From: an uncultured Gammaproteobacteria bacterium
Lineage (GTDB): Bacteria; Patescibacteriota; Microgenomatia; CAYXHB01
Assembly (NCBI GenBank): GCA_964444295.1
Contig: CAYUGO010000002.1
Coordinates: 1-40,446 of the forward strand
Reading direction: 5' to 3'
DNA length: 40,446 nucleotides
Positions 9,098 through 19,033 of this stretch are shown piece after piece. Position 1 is the first letter of the stretch. Every line of letters begins with the position of its first letter. The notes beneath the pieces are model-generated. The model did no database searches. It saw only the letters and a program-made list of their open reading frames with translations, and was not told where the DNA came from. The position numbers and the translations under genes were made by a program.

Positions 9098-9979
9098 ATG
9101 CCTGAATTGCCTGAAGTAGAAACAATTCGACGACAGCTGGATAAGGTTTTGGTAGGTAGCAGGATTACACAGGTAGAAGTTTTGGGGAATAAAACATTTG
9201 AGGGAGATAGTAAGCTGATGTTAGACAAGCTAATTTTGGGAATTGAACGGAGAGGTAAAGCGTTGGTGATTAAGATTGGAGAAAAAGATGTTGAGTGGGG
9301 AATTTTGATACATTTGAAAATGACAGGGCAGTTGATTTATGAGAAGAAAAATTCTAAGGGTAAATTTGAAGAAAGAGTTGTCGGGGGACATCCAACTAAG
9401 GATTTCGTGTCGAGTTTGCCGTCAAGTCATACGAGGGTGATGTGGAAATTTGAAGATGGAAGCGTGCTTTATTTTAATGATCAAAGATTATTTGGGTGGG
9501 TGAAGTTAGTTAAGTGGGAGGATGTGGAGAGTGAGAAATTTATTTTGCGATTAGGGAAGGAGCCGTGGGAGATGAGTAAAGAAGAGTTTAGAAATATTTT
9601 GAATTCAACGAAGAGTATTAAGGTGCGGTTGATGGATCAGGATAAAATAGCAGGAATCGGGAATATTTATGCGAATGATGCATTGTGGGAGGCTAGAATT
9701 GATCCGAGACGAAGTGCTAAGTTGTTAAATGAAAAGGAAGCAAAATGTTTGCTTGAGAGGGTAGTTAAGGTTTTGGATGAGGGAATTAAGTATGGAGGAG
9801 CGACTGCGATGGATGGAAAGTTTGTAAATTTGGATGGGCTGGGTGGAACGTATCAAGATCATTTTCGAGTGTATCAGCGAGAGGGAGAAGAATGTTTGCG
9901 CGAGAATTGTGATGGAGTGGTAGAAAAAACAATGATTGGAGGTAGGGGAACGTTTTATTGTCCTGTTTGTCAGAAGTAA
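9098..9979 (+). CDS. mutM: formamidopyrimidine-DNA glycosylase (Fpg/MutM)
   Basis: I placed the start at the ATG that gives an N-terminal M-PELPEVE, because the catalytic Pro must be residue 2. The track ORF begins two codons earlier at TTG 9092. A C-terminal zinc finger C..C...CPVC is present. Confidence 0.9.
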   Translation: MPELPEVETIRRQLDKVLVGSRITQVEVLGNKTFEGDSKLMLDKLILGIERRGKALVIKIGEKDVEWGILIHLKMTGQLIYEKKNSKGKFEERVVGGHPTKDFVSSLPSSHTRVMWKFEDGSVLYFNDQRLFGWVKLVKWEDVESEKFILRLGKEPWEMSKEEFRNILNSTKSIKVRLMDQDKIAGIGNIYANDALWEARIDPRRSAKLLNEKEAKCLLERVVKVLDEGIKYGGATAMDGKFVNLDGLGGTYQDHFRVYQREGEECLRENCDGVVEKTMIGGRGTFYCPVCQK

Positions 9980-9990
9980 GATAATAAACT

Positions 9991-10437
9991 TTATTTGTTG
10001 CGTTTGGGAGTAAGTCGAGATTGGCGAGTGTAGCCGATGGTTTTGTGTGGTCGGGGGGACCTGAGGGTATCCTGATCATTGGGTTCAAAGTTGTCTCCAA
10101 CTTCGTTGGCTTGGGTTGACCTTTTTGCTGTTGTTAGGGGAAGAGTTGAAATATCTCTTATGAGAGAAGATCTGTCTTTGGTGGGGAACAATTTTGTTTC
10201 GTTGGTGGTTGGGTTAATAGCGGCAATTGCATCTTTGCGGGTGATTGGACTAATTGGGGTAGGACCTTGAGTTGATAAGGGTTGTCCCACTCGACGTCGA
10301 CCGGTAATTAGAACTTGAGCGATAGTGGGATCATTGGGATCCATGTTTTGAAATTCTTCATCGGGTTCAGTGTGCATGCCGTCTTGGGCGCGGGCTTGTT
10401 CGAGATATACATTTTTTTGTTCTGGGGTAAGTGGCAT
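9991..10437 (-). CDS. hypothetical low-complexity protein (148 aa)
   Basis: It is the only long ORF filling the 490-bp gap between mutM and recF. It is Pro/Thr/Arg-rich and probably disordered. It could be a compositional artefact. Confidence 0.35.
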   Translation of the reverse strand: MPLTPEQKNVYLEQARAQDGMHTEPDEEFQNMDPNDPTIAQVLITGRRRVGQPLSTQGPTPISPITRKDAIAAINPTTNETKLFPTKDRSSLIRDISTLPLTTAKRSTQANEVGDNFEPNDQDTLRSPRPHKTIGYTRQSRLTPKRNK

Positions 10438-10471
10438 AGCTGTATTATATCTGATATAAAATGGGAGCGGT

Positions 10472-11497
10472 ATGAATGAAACTTTGGTTGAAATAGAATT
10501 AAATAATTTTCGTAATTATAAACGACATAAACATGTTTTTGAGAAAGGAATTAATTGGATAACGGGAGTAAATGGGAGTGGAAAGACTAATCTTCTGGAG
10601 GCGGTGTTGTGTTTGAGTCAGGGTAAAAGTTATCGGGTGGTAAGACAAGAGGATATGGTGGAGTGGAAAAGTGATGCTGCTCGAGTTAGGGGGAGGTTTG
10701 TGTGTGAGGAAAGGAATGATGAGTTAGAAATAAATATTTGGAAAGCAGGGGCTGGCGGGAAGAAGATGAGTGGGAAGAGTTATAAGATAAATGGAGTGGG
10801 GAAATTGTTACGTAATTATGTGGGGAAGATGATGAGTGTGTGGTTTGGGCCAGAGGATTTGAGTTTGATAAGTGGCGGGAGTGGGGGGAGACGGAGATAT
10901 ATGGATGTGATTTTGGGTCAGAGTGATGTGAAGTATGGACGTTTTGTACGAGAGTATGAGCAGGCTCTTAAACGTCGGAACAAGTTATTGGAACTGCTGG
11001 CTTTGGGGAAAATCACAAGGCAACCATTTGCTTATTACGATGAGATATTGTTGAGTAGAGGAGAGTATATTCATCAGATTAGGAGGGAGTTAGTAGATTA
11101 TATGAATGTGTTTTTTGGGTGTCATGAGAATTTTGGGAATCTGTTAGTAAATTATGATCATAGTGTGATGTCTAAAGAACGATTGATTAAGTATCAGTAT
11201 GCGGAGATTGAAGCTGGAGTTACGTTGATTGGCCCACAGAGGGATGATTTGAATATTATTTATATGTTTGGGGATGAAAAACAGAGTTTGCGAAATTTCG
11301 GGTCGCGCGGACAACAGCGAATGGGGGCTTTGGGGTTGAAGTTGGGAGAATTGGAGTTTTTGACTCAAAAAAATGGGCGTCGGCCGATATTGTTATTGGA
11401 TGATGTATTAAGCGAGTTAGATGAAAATCATCAAAAAATTGTGATGAAGGTTATGGAGTTACAACAAACAATTGTTACCGGAGTCAATAAATTATAG
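10472..11497 (+). CDS. recF: DNA replication and repair protein RecF
   Basis: 341 aa. It has NFRNY, Walker A GVNGSGKTNLLEA, the signature GSRGQQR, and Walker B ILLLDDVLSELD. Confidence 0.85.
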   Translation: MNETLVEIELNNFRNYKRHKHVFEKGINWITGVNGSGKTNLLEAVLCLSQGKSYRVVRQEDMVEWKSDAARVRGRFVCEERNDELEINIWKAGAGGKKMSGKSYKINGVGKLLRNYVGKMMSVWFGPEDLSLISGGSGGRRRYMDVILGQSDVKYGRFVREYEQALKRRNKLLELLALGKITRQPFAYYDEILLSRGEYIHQIRRELVDYMNVFFGCHENFGNLLVNYDHSVMSKERLIKYQYAEIEAGVTLIGPQRDDLNIIYMFGDEKQSLRNFGSRGQQRMGALGLKLGELEFLTQKNGRRPILLLDDVLSELDENHQKIVMKVMELQQTIVTGVNKL

Positions 11498-11559
11498 TCT
11501 GCGGAGAAAGAGCGGAGATTGTATATTTTGATCTTTGATAGTAGGATGAAAATAAAGAT

Positions 11560-12639
11560 ATGTATTTCCCTAGATTTATCATTTCAAATCAAATACTCAA
11601 GAACGTTGGGATAATCGATGCATGTCGAGAAGTAATTGTGAGCGCTCCGATTGTGCCAGCTTGGGAAAAACAGTTTGCAGCTGAAGCAACTTTGAGGACA
11701 GTCCACTATGGAACGGCGATAGAGGGTAACCAGTTAAGTTATGACCAAGCAAGAGAGGTGCTTGAAGGTAAGGAAGTGGTGGCTCGAGAGCGTGATATCC
11801 GAGAAATACTTAATTATCGTGATGTAATGGTTTATTTGGAGGCTTTAGGCGAAGCGTATGGCGTAGTCGGAAAAGATGATGTGTTTGTTTATAGTGAGGA
11901 AATTGTCAAAAAAATTCAATCTTTAACAGTACAAGGATTAATTGATGAAGGAGTGGGTGAGTATCGGGATGTGTCTGTGGTGGTGAGAAGTGTACGATCT
12001 GGGCAACAAGCTTTTGTTGCACCCAAGCCAGCGGAGGTACCATTTTTGATGGAGGCATTTATTAGGTGGCTTAATGATGATAAATCAAGAGAGGTCCATA
12101 GTGTATTGCGAGCTGGAGTGACACATTATGTGTTGGCAGCAATCCATCCGTTTGTGGAGGGAAATGGTAGGACTGCAAGGGCGATGGCGATGTTAGTTAT
12201 GATGGCTGAAGATTATGATATAAAAAAGTTGTTTTCGTTGGAGGAACATTTTGATCGGGAAGTGATGACTTACTATGATGTATTGGGAGAGGTGACTGGC
12301 CAATCTGTTAATTTGGAAGATAGAGATTTGACAGTGTGGCTTGAATATTTTACTCGAGTTTTGGCTATTGAGCTGACGTTGATTAGAGATAAGGTGCGCA
12401 ATTTGTCTTTAGACATTAAATTAAAGAACAAAGTGGGTAAGCAAATTGCTCTATCTGAGCGACAAATTGCGTTGGTAACTTATCTTAAGGATCATGAGGC
12501 AATGACAATGAGAGAGGCACGAGAAGTGCTATCTTATGTGAGTGATGATACGTTATTGCGGGATTTACGAGATTTGATGGATAAAAGATTGGTTAAAAAG
12601 AAAGGTAGTACGAAGGCAGCCAAGTATGTATTGGTTTAA
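11560..12639 (+). CDS. Fic family protein (putative AMPylase) with C-terminal winged-helix domain
   Basis: 359 aa. The Fic motif HPFVEGNGRTARAM is present. An N-terminal Fic_N-type helix GTAIEGN keeps the inhibitory Glu. The C-terminal DDTLLRDLRDLMDKRLV looks wHTH-like. Confidence 0.9.
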   Translation: MYFPRFIISNQILKNVGIIDACREVIVSAPIVPAWEKQFAAEATLRTVHYGTAIEGNQLSYDQAREVLEGKEVVARERDIREILNYRDVMVYLEALGEAYGVVGKDDVFVYSEEIVKKIQSLTVQGLIDEGVGEYRDVSVVVRSVRSGQQAFVAPKPAEVPFLMEAFIRWLNDDKSREVHSVLRAGVTHYVLAAIHPFVEGNGRTARAMAMLVMMAEDYDIKKLFSLEEHFDREVMTYYDVLGEVTGQSVNLEDRDLTVWLEYFTRVLAIELTLIRDKVRNLSLDIKLKNKVGKQIALSERQIALVTYLKDHEAMTMREAREVLSYVSDDTLLRDLRDLMDKRLVKKKGSTKAAKYVLV

Positions 12640-12644
12640 GTATG

Positions 12645-14558
12645 TTAGTTGGGGACGTGGACGGTGTTGTTCCCGTTGTTGAATTGTCTTTGAATTGCCC
12701 GATCGTTGAGGAAATTGTTATTTCCAATGATTTGTTGTATGCGACTTTGGACTCGTTGAATGTCAGCTTCAGTTGAGGATATATATTGTTTGAGTAGTGA
12801 TGGTTGGTTATTGTTGGTTGTTGCATTTCCTCCGAGAGGATCTGTCCACCAAGTTTGAACTCCTCCTCCGTTTGAAATTCGATTGCGACCGAAATAGGTA
12901 GTTCTCTTGAGTCCTTTGAAGTTTGACTGTGGAGAGTCCCAAATTTGATTGCCGTTATTACATCCGATTGTTCTGCTGATGTTGGTACCTGGTTTGCGAA
13001 GGAGGGTTTCGCAAATTTCAGAAGTAAATTGAAAATCCTTTTGCCATGTCCGAGTTGGATGTTGATAGCCCACGTCAATGATTCTTACTGGATCTAAGAC
13101 ATCCCATTGGCGCCCATGTTCGGCGATCATGCTTGAATCGGTTAAGATATTGCCTGTGTAGATGGCAAAATCACCTTCCCAAATTTCGTATGGGGTGAAA
13201 TAGGGGCTGCCTTCTGAAATTCCATAACCAGGATCATCTACGTGTTCCAAACACCATTTATCAGTCATGTTACGTCCCAAGGAGTTGCTATTGATGGCAT
13301 TAGGTAATCGACTAAGCAACGGATCAGTAAGAATACAGGATGATCCGGGAGTAGTACTAAGATTAGTTCCCGTTAATCCACAAATGTTATCGTTTCTTTT
13401 GCGACCGCAGAATCTTTTATAGATACCTGGTTTGCCAAATGACATCATTCCGGTAAGGATAATTTTATTATTCGGATAATATGTTGGTGCATTGATATTG
13501 TTGACGTTGACGCTAGTACAGGTTGAATGAAAGATGACTTCATGCATGTTATTCAAGAGTGCATCGGTTGAATGAGTGCCTTGATGAAATTTGTGAAGAT
13601 GGGAACAGGTAACTCCTGTAGGTTGGAAGGTGTTAGAGCCACTTTGGTAGTATGGAATATTGATTCCAGATGTTCCTGGTATTTGTGCCATAGGATGAGT
13701 GGTATTTCCTATCATTTCTGATTCATAGCTGACTTGTTCGATTTTGTGTCCCACGTGGTCTTCGTGACGGACGAATACCGAATCACGCCCTTCTTGGTTG
13801 TAGTACTGGTCCATGTGTTCGTTGGCGATACCAAATGGAATACCGGCACGATCCCCTGGTGTGATTTGTCCATTGGAACCAATGACAAGAGGAGTGATGA
13901 CACCATCGCTATTTATGTCTTTCCCAAAATGCTGGATGATTTCGTTCCAGTGAATATATTTTTGGGGATCTGAGCCATGTTCGTGGCCGAAGGCGCATTT
14001 ACCTACTTGAGTGATAGGATTATTAACAACAGGAGGGTGCCAAGTTGGATATTTCAGGCCATCGTATGCAATGACATGATAGGCGTTGTGAGCTGTGATG
14101 ATGTCTGTCCCGTCATCACATTTGTCGTATAGTTGGTTGGGCTTGTTTTTGCCTGTGTGACTCCATGCGGACATAGCCATACTTTCTCCTGGCAAATGAC
14201 TATGAATACCAGTGGGTGACGGAGCTGTTGATGTCGGGTTGGGAGTGGGCGTGATAGTGATTGATTGGGTTGGAATTGGTGAATTGCTAACATTGCCGAA
14301 GTTAGTGCTAAAAACTGTGAAATCAAATATGTTGATAATCCCATCGGGTTTAACATCGGCTTTGGGGTCTGAAGTTCCAAATTTTGATGATATATATGCA
14401 AAATCGATAATATTAACTATGCCATCGCAGGAATTGGTGTCGCCAGGTAAGGGGCATGGAGGCTGTGGTGACTGGGCCTGAATGAAGCTAGTTTGAGAAA
14501 AAAACAGAATAATTAGGACACATAAGTTATAAACGAGGAAAATCATGTATCGTAACAT
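12645..14558 (-). CDS. secreted protein: signal peptide, N-terminal dockerin, Pro/Thr linker, ~520-aa His/Cys-rich domain of unknown function
   Basis: 637 aa. The dockerin is CPLPGDTNSCDGIVNIIDFAYISSKFGTSDPKADVKPDGIINIFDFTVFSTNFGN (nt ~14295-14456). The body contains GHEHGSDP, HEDHVGHK and FHQGTHS, and I recognise no family. Confidence 0.75.
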   Translation of the reverse strand: MLRYMIFLVYNLCVLIILFFSQTSFIQAQSPQPPCPLPGDTNSCDGIVNIIDFAYISSKFGTSDPKADVKPDGIINIFDFTVFSTNFGNVSNSPIPTQSITITPTPNPTSTAPSPTGIHSHLPGESMAMSAWSHTGKNKPNQLYDKCDDGTDIITAHNAYHVIAYDGLKYPTWHPPVVNNPITQVGKCAFGHEHGSDPQKYIHWNEIIQHFGKDINSDGVITPLVIGSNGQITPGDRAGIPFGIANEHMDQYYNQEGRDSVFVRHEDHVGHKIEQVSYESEMIGNTTHPMAQIPGTSGINIPYYQSGSNTFQPTGVTCSHLHKFHQGTHSTDALLNNMHEVIFHSTCTSVNVNNINAPTYYPNNKIILTGMMSFGKPGIYKRFCGRKRNDNICGLTGTNLSTTPGSSCILTDPLLSRLPNAINSNSLGRNMTDKWCLEHVDDPGYGISEGSPYFTPYEIWEGDFAIYTGNILTDSSMIAEHGRQWDVLDPVRIIDVGYQHPTRTWQKDFQFTSEICETLLRKPGTNISRTIGCNNGNQIWDSPQSNFKGLKRTTYFGRNRISNGGGVQTWWTDPLGGNATTNNNQPSLLKQYISSTEADIQRVQSRIQQIIGNNNFLNDRAIQRQFNNGNNTVHVPN

Positions 14559-14639
14559 GGTACGAAATCATTTGGTGATTGTCTATTCTTGAGGGGAAAT
14601 GGGGGATATTTTTTAATAACTTGCTGGTATGATGTTGAT

Positions 14640-16469
14640 ATGTTGGCAATGAATTTGTTTAGATACTTTGATGAGTTAGAAAAAGTGAGTTTGCGGCTTG
14701 TGATGCTTGATATTTTGGCAAGGATGTATGGAGATTTGGAGAGCAATGAAGCGGACAAGGCGACATATTTGTTGTTTGGGAATTTGGGTCCGTCATATAA
14801 ATCATTGGAATTTAATATGGCTGAGAAAATGGTGATGAGAGCAATGAGTAAGGCTTATGGTGTTTCTGTTGAGTTGGTGGATGGTAAGTTTAAAGACTTG
14901 GGTGATTTGGGATTGGTAATAGGAGAACTTGAGCCGGGTGATTATAAATTGAGTGAGGATATAAATGAGATGTATGAGGAATTATATAAATTAGCTGATT
15001 TGAAAGGGGAGGGAAGTCAGGAGGGTAAGATTGATTTGTTAGCAAGTATTTTATCAAGAGCGGATGGAGTGAGTGCTAAGTATTTGGTGAGAATTGTGTT
15101 GGGGAAGTTAAGGCTGGGAGTTGGAGAGATGACAGTTTTGGATGGTTTGAGTTGGTTGATTTGTGGAGATAAGAGTTTACATGATTTGTTTGAGAATGGT
15201 TATAATATTGCTGCTGATATTGGTATGTTAGCTAAAAATACGTTGGAGAAGAGAGATAAAGATAAAATTAAATGGTTGGAAAACGTGAAGGGTAGCATGG
15301 AAAAAATGGAGCCAAAAATTGGTGTTCCGATTGTGATGGCATTGTGTACAAGGATAGCGACCTTTGATGAAGTGATTACAAAATTGGGGGAAGTGATGTG
15401 TGAACCAAAATATGATGGAAATAGAGTGCAAATTCATTTTCGAAGAAACAAAGATGAAGATGAGATAGTGACATTTAGTCGTAACTTGGAAGAAAGCACA
15501 TATATGTTTCCTGAGCTTGGTAGAATAGGCGAGTGGTTGGATTTGGATGAGGCAATATTTGATTCTGAAGCAATGGGAATTGACGTGATGAGTGGAGGAT
15601 GGACTACTTTTCAGGTGACAATGACACGCAAGCGTAAGCATGGGATTGCGACGCAAGTGGAAAACGTGCCGTTGAAATTTATGGCGTTTGATTTGTTATA
15701 TGCACGAGGTAAAAAGGCGAAGGAATTTGGGGCAGATGGTGATATTCATGATTGGCCACTTGAGAAAAGACGAAAATTATTGGAGGCTGTGGTAGTAAAA
15801 AATGATTTATTGGAGATTACTCCAGTGGTTAGATCTAGTAAAGCTGTGGAAGTGCGAGATTTGCATCAGCAATATTTGGATCAGGGATATGAGGGAGCTG
15901 TGATTAAGCAGGCAACGTCACCTTATGTCCCCGGAAGAAAAAAAAGCTATTGGGTGAAGATGAAGGAAGTGGAAAATGCTGATGCAAAGTTACCCGACAC
16001 CATTGATAGTGTGGTAATGGGTTATTATCGGGGAGAGGGACGGCGGGGGAAGTTCGGGATTGGATCATTGTTGTTGGGAGTTAGAGGTAAGTGGGTGGTG
16101 GATGTAGATGAAATTAACGGATCGTTGTTTGAAAATTCTGATCAAGAAGACCGGTACTGGACGGTTACAAAAGTTGGTTCTAAGTTGAGTGATGATCAAT
16201 TGAAGGTAATCAGAAAACGTTTGGACGAGTTGGTTATTGATAGTAAGGATGTTTTGTATGAAGTTCCAGAGACATTGACCCCTGATGTGTGGGTGCGGCC
16301 TGAGATGGTGGTGGAGGTGGCGGGTGATAATTTGACTAAATCTCCGTTGCATAGCGCTAAGTTGGCACTGAGGTTCCCTCGAGTTATAAGGATTAGAGAT
16401 GATAAGAAAGTTGATCAGATAACTTCGATGGAAGAGTTGTGGGATTTATATAAGATTCAAAAAGGTTAA
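14640..16469 (+). CDS. ATP-dependent DNA ligase (three-domain, Lig1/archaeal-like)
   Basis: Motif I is EPKYDGNR (adenylated Lys), III is FDSEAM, IV is EGAVIK and V is YWVKMK, with a long N-terminal DNA-binding-type domain. The track ORF starts at TTG 14589. I prefer ATG 14640 (MLAMNLF...). Confidence 0.9.
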   Translation: MLAMNLFRYFDELEKVSLRLVMLDILARMYGDLESNEADKATYLLFGNLGPSYKSLEFNMAEKMVMRAMSKAYGVSVELVDGKFKDLGDLGLVIGELEPGDYKLSEDINEMYEELYKLADLKGEGSQEGKIDLLASILSRADGVSAKYLVRIVLGKLRLGVGEMTVLDGLSWLICGDKSLHDLFENGYNIAADIGMLAKNTLEKRDKDKIKWLENVKGSMEKMEPKIGVPIVMALCTRIATFDEVITKLGEVMCEPKYDGNRVQIHFRRNKDEDEIVTFSRNLEESTYMFPELGRIGEWLDLDEAIFDSEAMGIDVMSGGWTTFQVTMTRKRKHGIATQVENVPLKFMAFDLLYARGKKAKEFGADGDIHDWPLEKRRKLLEAVVVKNDLLEITPVVRSSKAVEVRDLHQQYLDQGYEGAVIKQATSPYVPGRKKSYWVKMKEVENADAKLPDTIDSVVMGYYRGEGRRGKFGIGSLLLGVRGKWVVDVDEINGSLFENSDQEDRYWTVTKVGSKLSDDQLKVIRKRLDELVIDSKDVLYEVPETLTPDVWVRPEMVVEVAGDNLTKSPLHSAKLALRFPRVIRIRDDKKVDQITSMEELWDLYKIQKG

Positions 16470-16513
16470 TTGGGGCTATATGTGAATATGCTTTGTATGG
16501 TTAAAATGGTAGG

Positions 16514-19033
16514 ATGATTGATCAGAAACTAATAAAGAATGGATTGAGTCAAGTTGAAGTTGATAATTTGGCATTGAAAGGTGGTTTGAATCAGATTGTT
16601 AGGCGTAAGCGAGATACAGATGTGGTGTTGTTGATGAGGCAGTTTACTAGTCCTTTGGTTTTGGTGTTGTTGGGTGCTGTGGGGTTAACTTTAATTATTA
16701 AAGATTGGAGCGATGCTGCATTGATTGGGATTGCTGTGTTAATTAATGTTGTTTTGGGGTTTGTACAAGAACGTAAGGCGGTTAAGTCGCTAGAATCGTT
16801 AAGATCATTGATTTCTGTGCGAGCTTGGGTGATCCGAGATGGGAAGAAAAAAATGATTGATGCAAAAGATCTGGTGGTGGGAGATGTTGTAATGCTAAGT
16901 GAAGGAGAGCGAGTGCCTGCGGATGGAGTGTTGGTGGAAACGGTTGATCTGATGGTTAATGAAGCAATTCTAACAGGTGAGAGCATGCCTGTGAGTAAAA
17001 ATATTATTCAAAATAATGAACCTGATAATGAATCCTCAGTGTTCATGGGAACTTTGATTAGTGCCGGATTAGGCAAGATGATTGTAAGTAAAATTGGAGG
17101 AAATACAGAAATGGGTTCAATTGCAGGGAGCCTAGAAGAAGATGAAGTGAAAACTCCACTTGAGAAGCGAATTGGAGTTTTGGCAATGTATATTAGTGTT
17201 GCGGTAGTAGTTGTAGCAATGGTGGTTTTTGTGTGGGGTTGGGTGTCTGGGTTGGAGTGGAAAGTGATGTTTACAGTGGCGGTGGCTCTGGTGGTGAGTG
17301 CTGCTCCTGAGGGATTGGTGATTGCGTTGACAGTAATTCTGGCGGTTGGAGCTCAGCGGATGTTCAAACGTAAAGCTTTGGTGCGTAAGTTAGTGGCGGC
17401 AGAAACATTGGGAAGTGTAACCCATGTGTGTGTTGATAAAACCGGTACCTTGACTGAAGGGAAGATGACTGTGTGTGATGTAGATTTTGTGGATGTGGCG
17501 TTGGGGTATCGATTAGCTCTGTTAGCAAATGATATGAGAGATGCGACTGAGGTGGCGCGGGTTGAGTGGGCGAGACAGTTTTTTAAGGCAACAGTGATGG
17601 ATAAATTTAAACTTAACTTAATTGAACCTGAGTTGTTGATTAATGATTCCGTTCGCGATGATTCGATTGCTTTTTCGACAGAAAAAAGATTGTTAGCAGT
17701 GAGATATAAGAATGAGGTAATGGTAGTTGGAGCTCCGGATTTGTTGTTGTCGATGTCATTTTTGCATAAAAATAATATCCACGAATGGGAACAAAAACTA
17801 AGTGTTTTGGCTCAAGAGGGTAAGCGGGTTTTGGGGTTTTTGCATAAGAAATTTAGTAAAATAAAAGATGCACAAGCAGTGATGGATGGTTTGCGTAATG
17901 ATGAAAAGGTGGTGCTTGACTGGGTAGGGTTGATGGCGTTTAGAGATCCAGTACGTAAGGGGGTTCGGGAGGCGTTGAGTTTGGCTAGGATTGCGGGAGT
18001 CAAGGTGATGGTAATTACTGGAGATTATCGAGAGACAGCGTTGGCTGTAATGAAAAGTATGGGGTTGCACCCAAGAGATAGGGAAGTGTTGGAGGGGTGG
18101 GAGATAGAAAAAATGAGCGAATTGGAATTAGGGCGGAAAGTGATGAGTACTATGTTATTTGCAAGAACTAGACCTGCGCAGAAACTGATGATAGTTAAGG
18201 CTTTGCAGAAAAAAGGCGCAGTTGTGGGGATGATGGGAGATGGAGTTAATGATGCACCCGCTTTGGCGGCCGCTGACATTGGGATGGTAGTAGGTGAAGC
18301 GACAGATATAGCTAAGGATGCAGCTGATATAGTGTTATTGGATTCTGATTTTGCGACGATTGTGGCAGCAATAGAGGAGGGGCGGGGTATTTATGACAAT
18401 ATTCGTAAGGTGATAATTTTCTTATTGGGGATGGCTTTTTCGGAAGTTTTGGTTGTTTTGGGAAGCTTAGTGTTTGGGTGGAGTTTAGCTTTGAGTGCGA
18501 TTCAGATATTGTGGATAAATTTGGTAACTGATGGTTTGCCATACATGGCGTTGACGATTGACCCTAAAGATAAGAATATTTTGAAGCGTAAACCGATTGA
18601 TTCAAAATTACCTTTGTTGGACTTGCGAATGTTTGTGATTGTTGGAGTTATGTCGTTGTTGACGGCTGGTTTGTCATTATTTACATATTGGTGGTGGTTG
18701 CCATTGGGAATTGATTTGGCAAGAACTGGAGTGTTTTTGATTATAAGTTTGGGAACCTTGATGTATGTGTTTGCATGTAGATCTTTGGAAGAGCCGATTT
18801 GGATTGAGAAGCCTTGGGGGAATTGGTATCTGGTGTTTTCGGTGATTATTGGATTGGTTCTGACGTATGCTTCTGTATGGATCGCTCCTTTAAAAGATTT
18901 GTTAATGACGGCAAATCCCAATTGGACACAATGGTTGTGGGTGTGGATATGTGCGTTGATAATATTGGTTGCTGCGGAGGGGCTTAAGATGGTACTTAAT
19001 CTAATTCGTGGTGCAACAGTTAAGGGAAATTAA
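16514..19033 (+). CDS. cation-transporting P-type ATPase (P2-like, Ca2+/Mg2+ type)
   Basis: 839 aa. It has TGES, PEGL, the phosphorylation motif DKTGTLT, TGD, the hinge GDGVNDAPAL, and about 10 TM segments. Confidence 0.92.
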   Translation: MIDQKLIKNGLSQVEVDNLALKGGLNQIVRRKRDTDVVLLMRQFTSPLVLVLLGAVGLTLIIKDWSDAALIGIAVLINVVLGFVQERKAVKSLESLRSLISVRAWVIRDGKKKMIDAKDLVVGDVVMLSEGERVPADGVLVETVDLMVNEAILTGESMPVSKNIIQNNEPDNESSVFMGTLISAGLGKMIVSKIGGNTEMGSIAGSLEEDEVKTPLEKRIGVLAMYISVAVVVVAMVVFVWGWVSGLEWKVMFTVAVALVVSAAPEGLVIALTVILAVGAQRMFKRKALVRKLVAAETLGSVTHVCVDKTGTLTEGKMTVCDVDFVDVALGYRLALLANDMRDATEVARVEWARQFFKATVMDKFKLNLIEPELLINDSVRDDSIAFSTEKRLLAVRYKNEVMVVGAPDLLLSMSFLHKNNIHEWEQKLSVLAQEGKRVLGFLHKKFSKIKDAQAVMDGLRNDEKVVLDWVGLMAFRDPVRKGVREALSLARIAGVKVMVITGDYRETALAVMKSMGLHPRDREVLEGWEIEKMSELELGRKVMSTMLFARTRPAQKLMIVKALQKKGAVVGMMGDGVNDAPALAAADIGMVVGEATDIAKDAADIVLLDSDFATIVAAIEEGRGIYDNIRKVIIFLLGMAFSEVLVVLGSLVFGWSLALSAIQILWINLVTDGLPYMALTIDPKDKNILKRKPIDSKLPLLDLRMFVIVGVMSLLTAGLSLFTYWWWLPLGIDLARTGVFLIISLGTLMYVFACRSLEEPIWIEKPWGNWYLVFSVIIGLVLTYASVWIAPLKDLLMTANPNWTQWLWVWICALIILVAAEGLKMVLNLIRGATVKGN

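Noticed and set aside
19030-19033. Convergent ATPase and GT28 genes whose stop codons overlap in ttaa. Similar tight packing occurs at Fic and the 637-aa gene (5-bp gap) and at ftsB-like and the tRNA (1-nt gap).
   Set aside because: The overlap is real, but it is just extreme genome compaction and gives no evidence of a specific regulatory mechanism.
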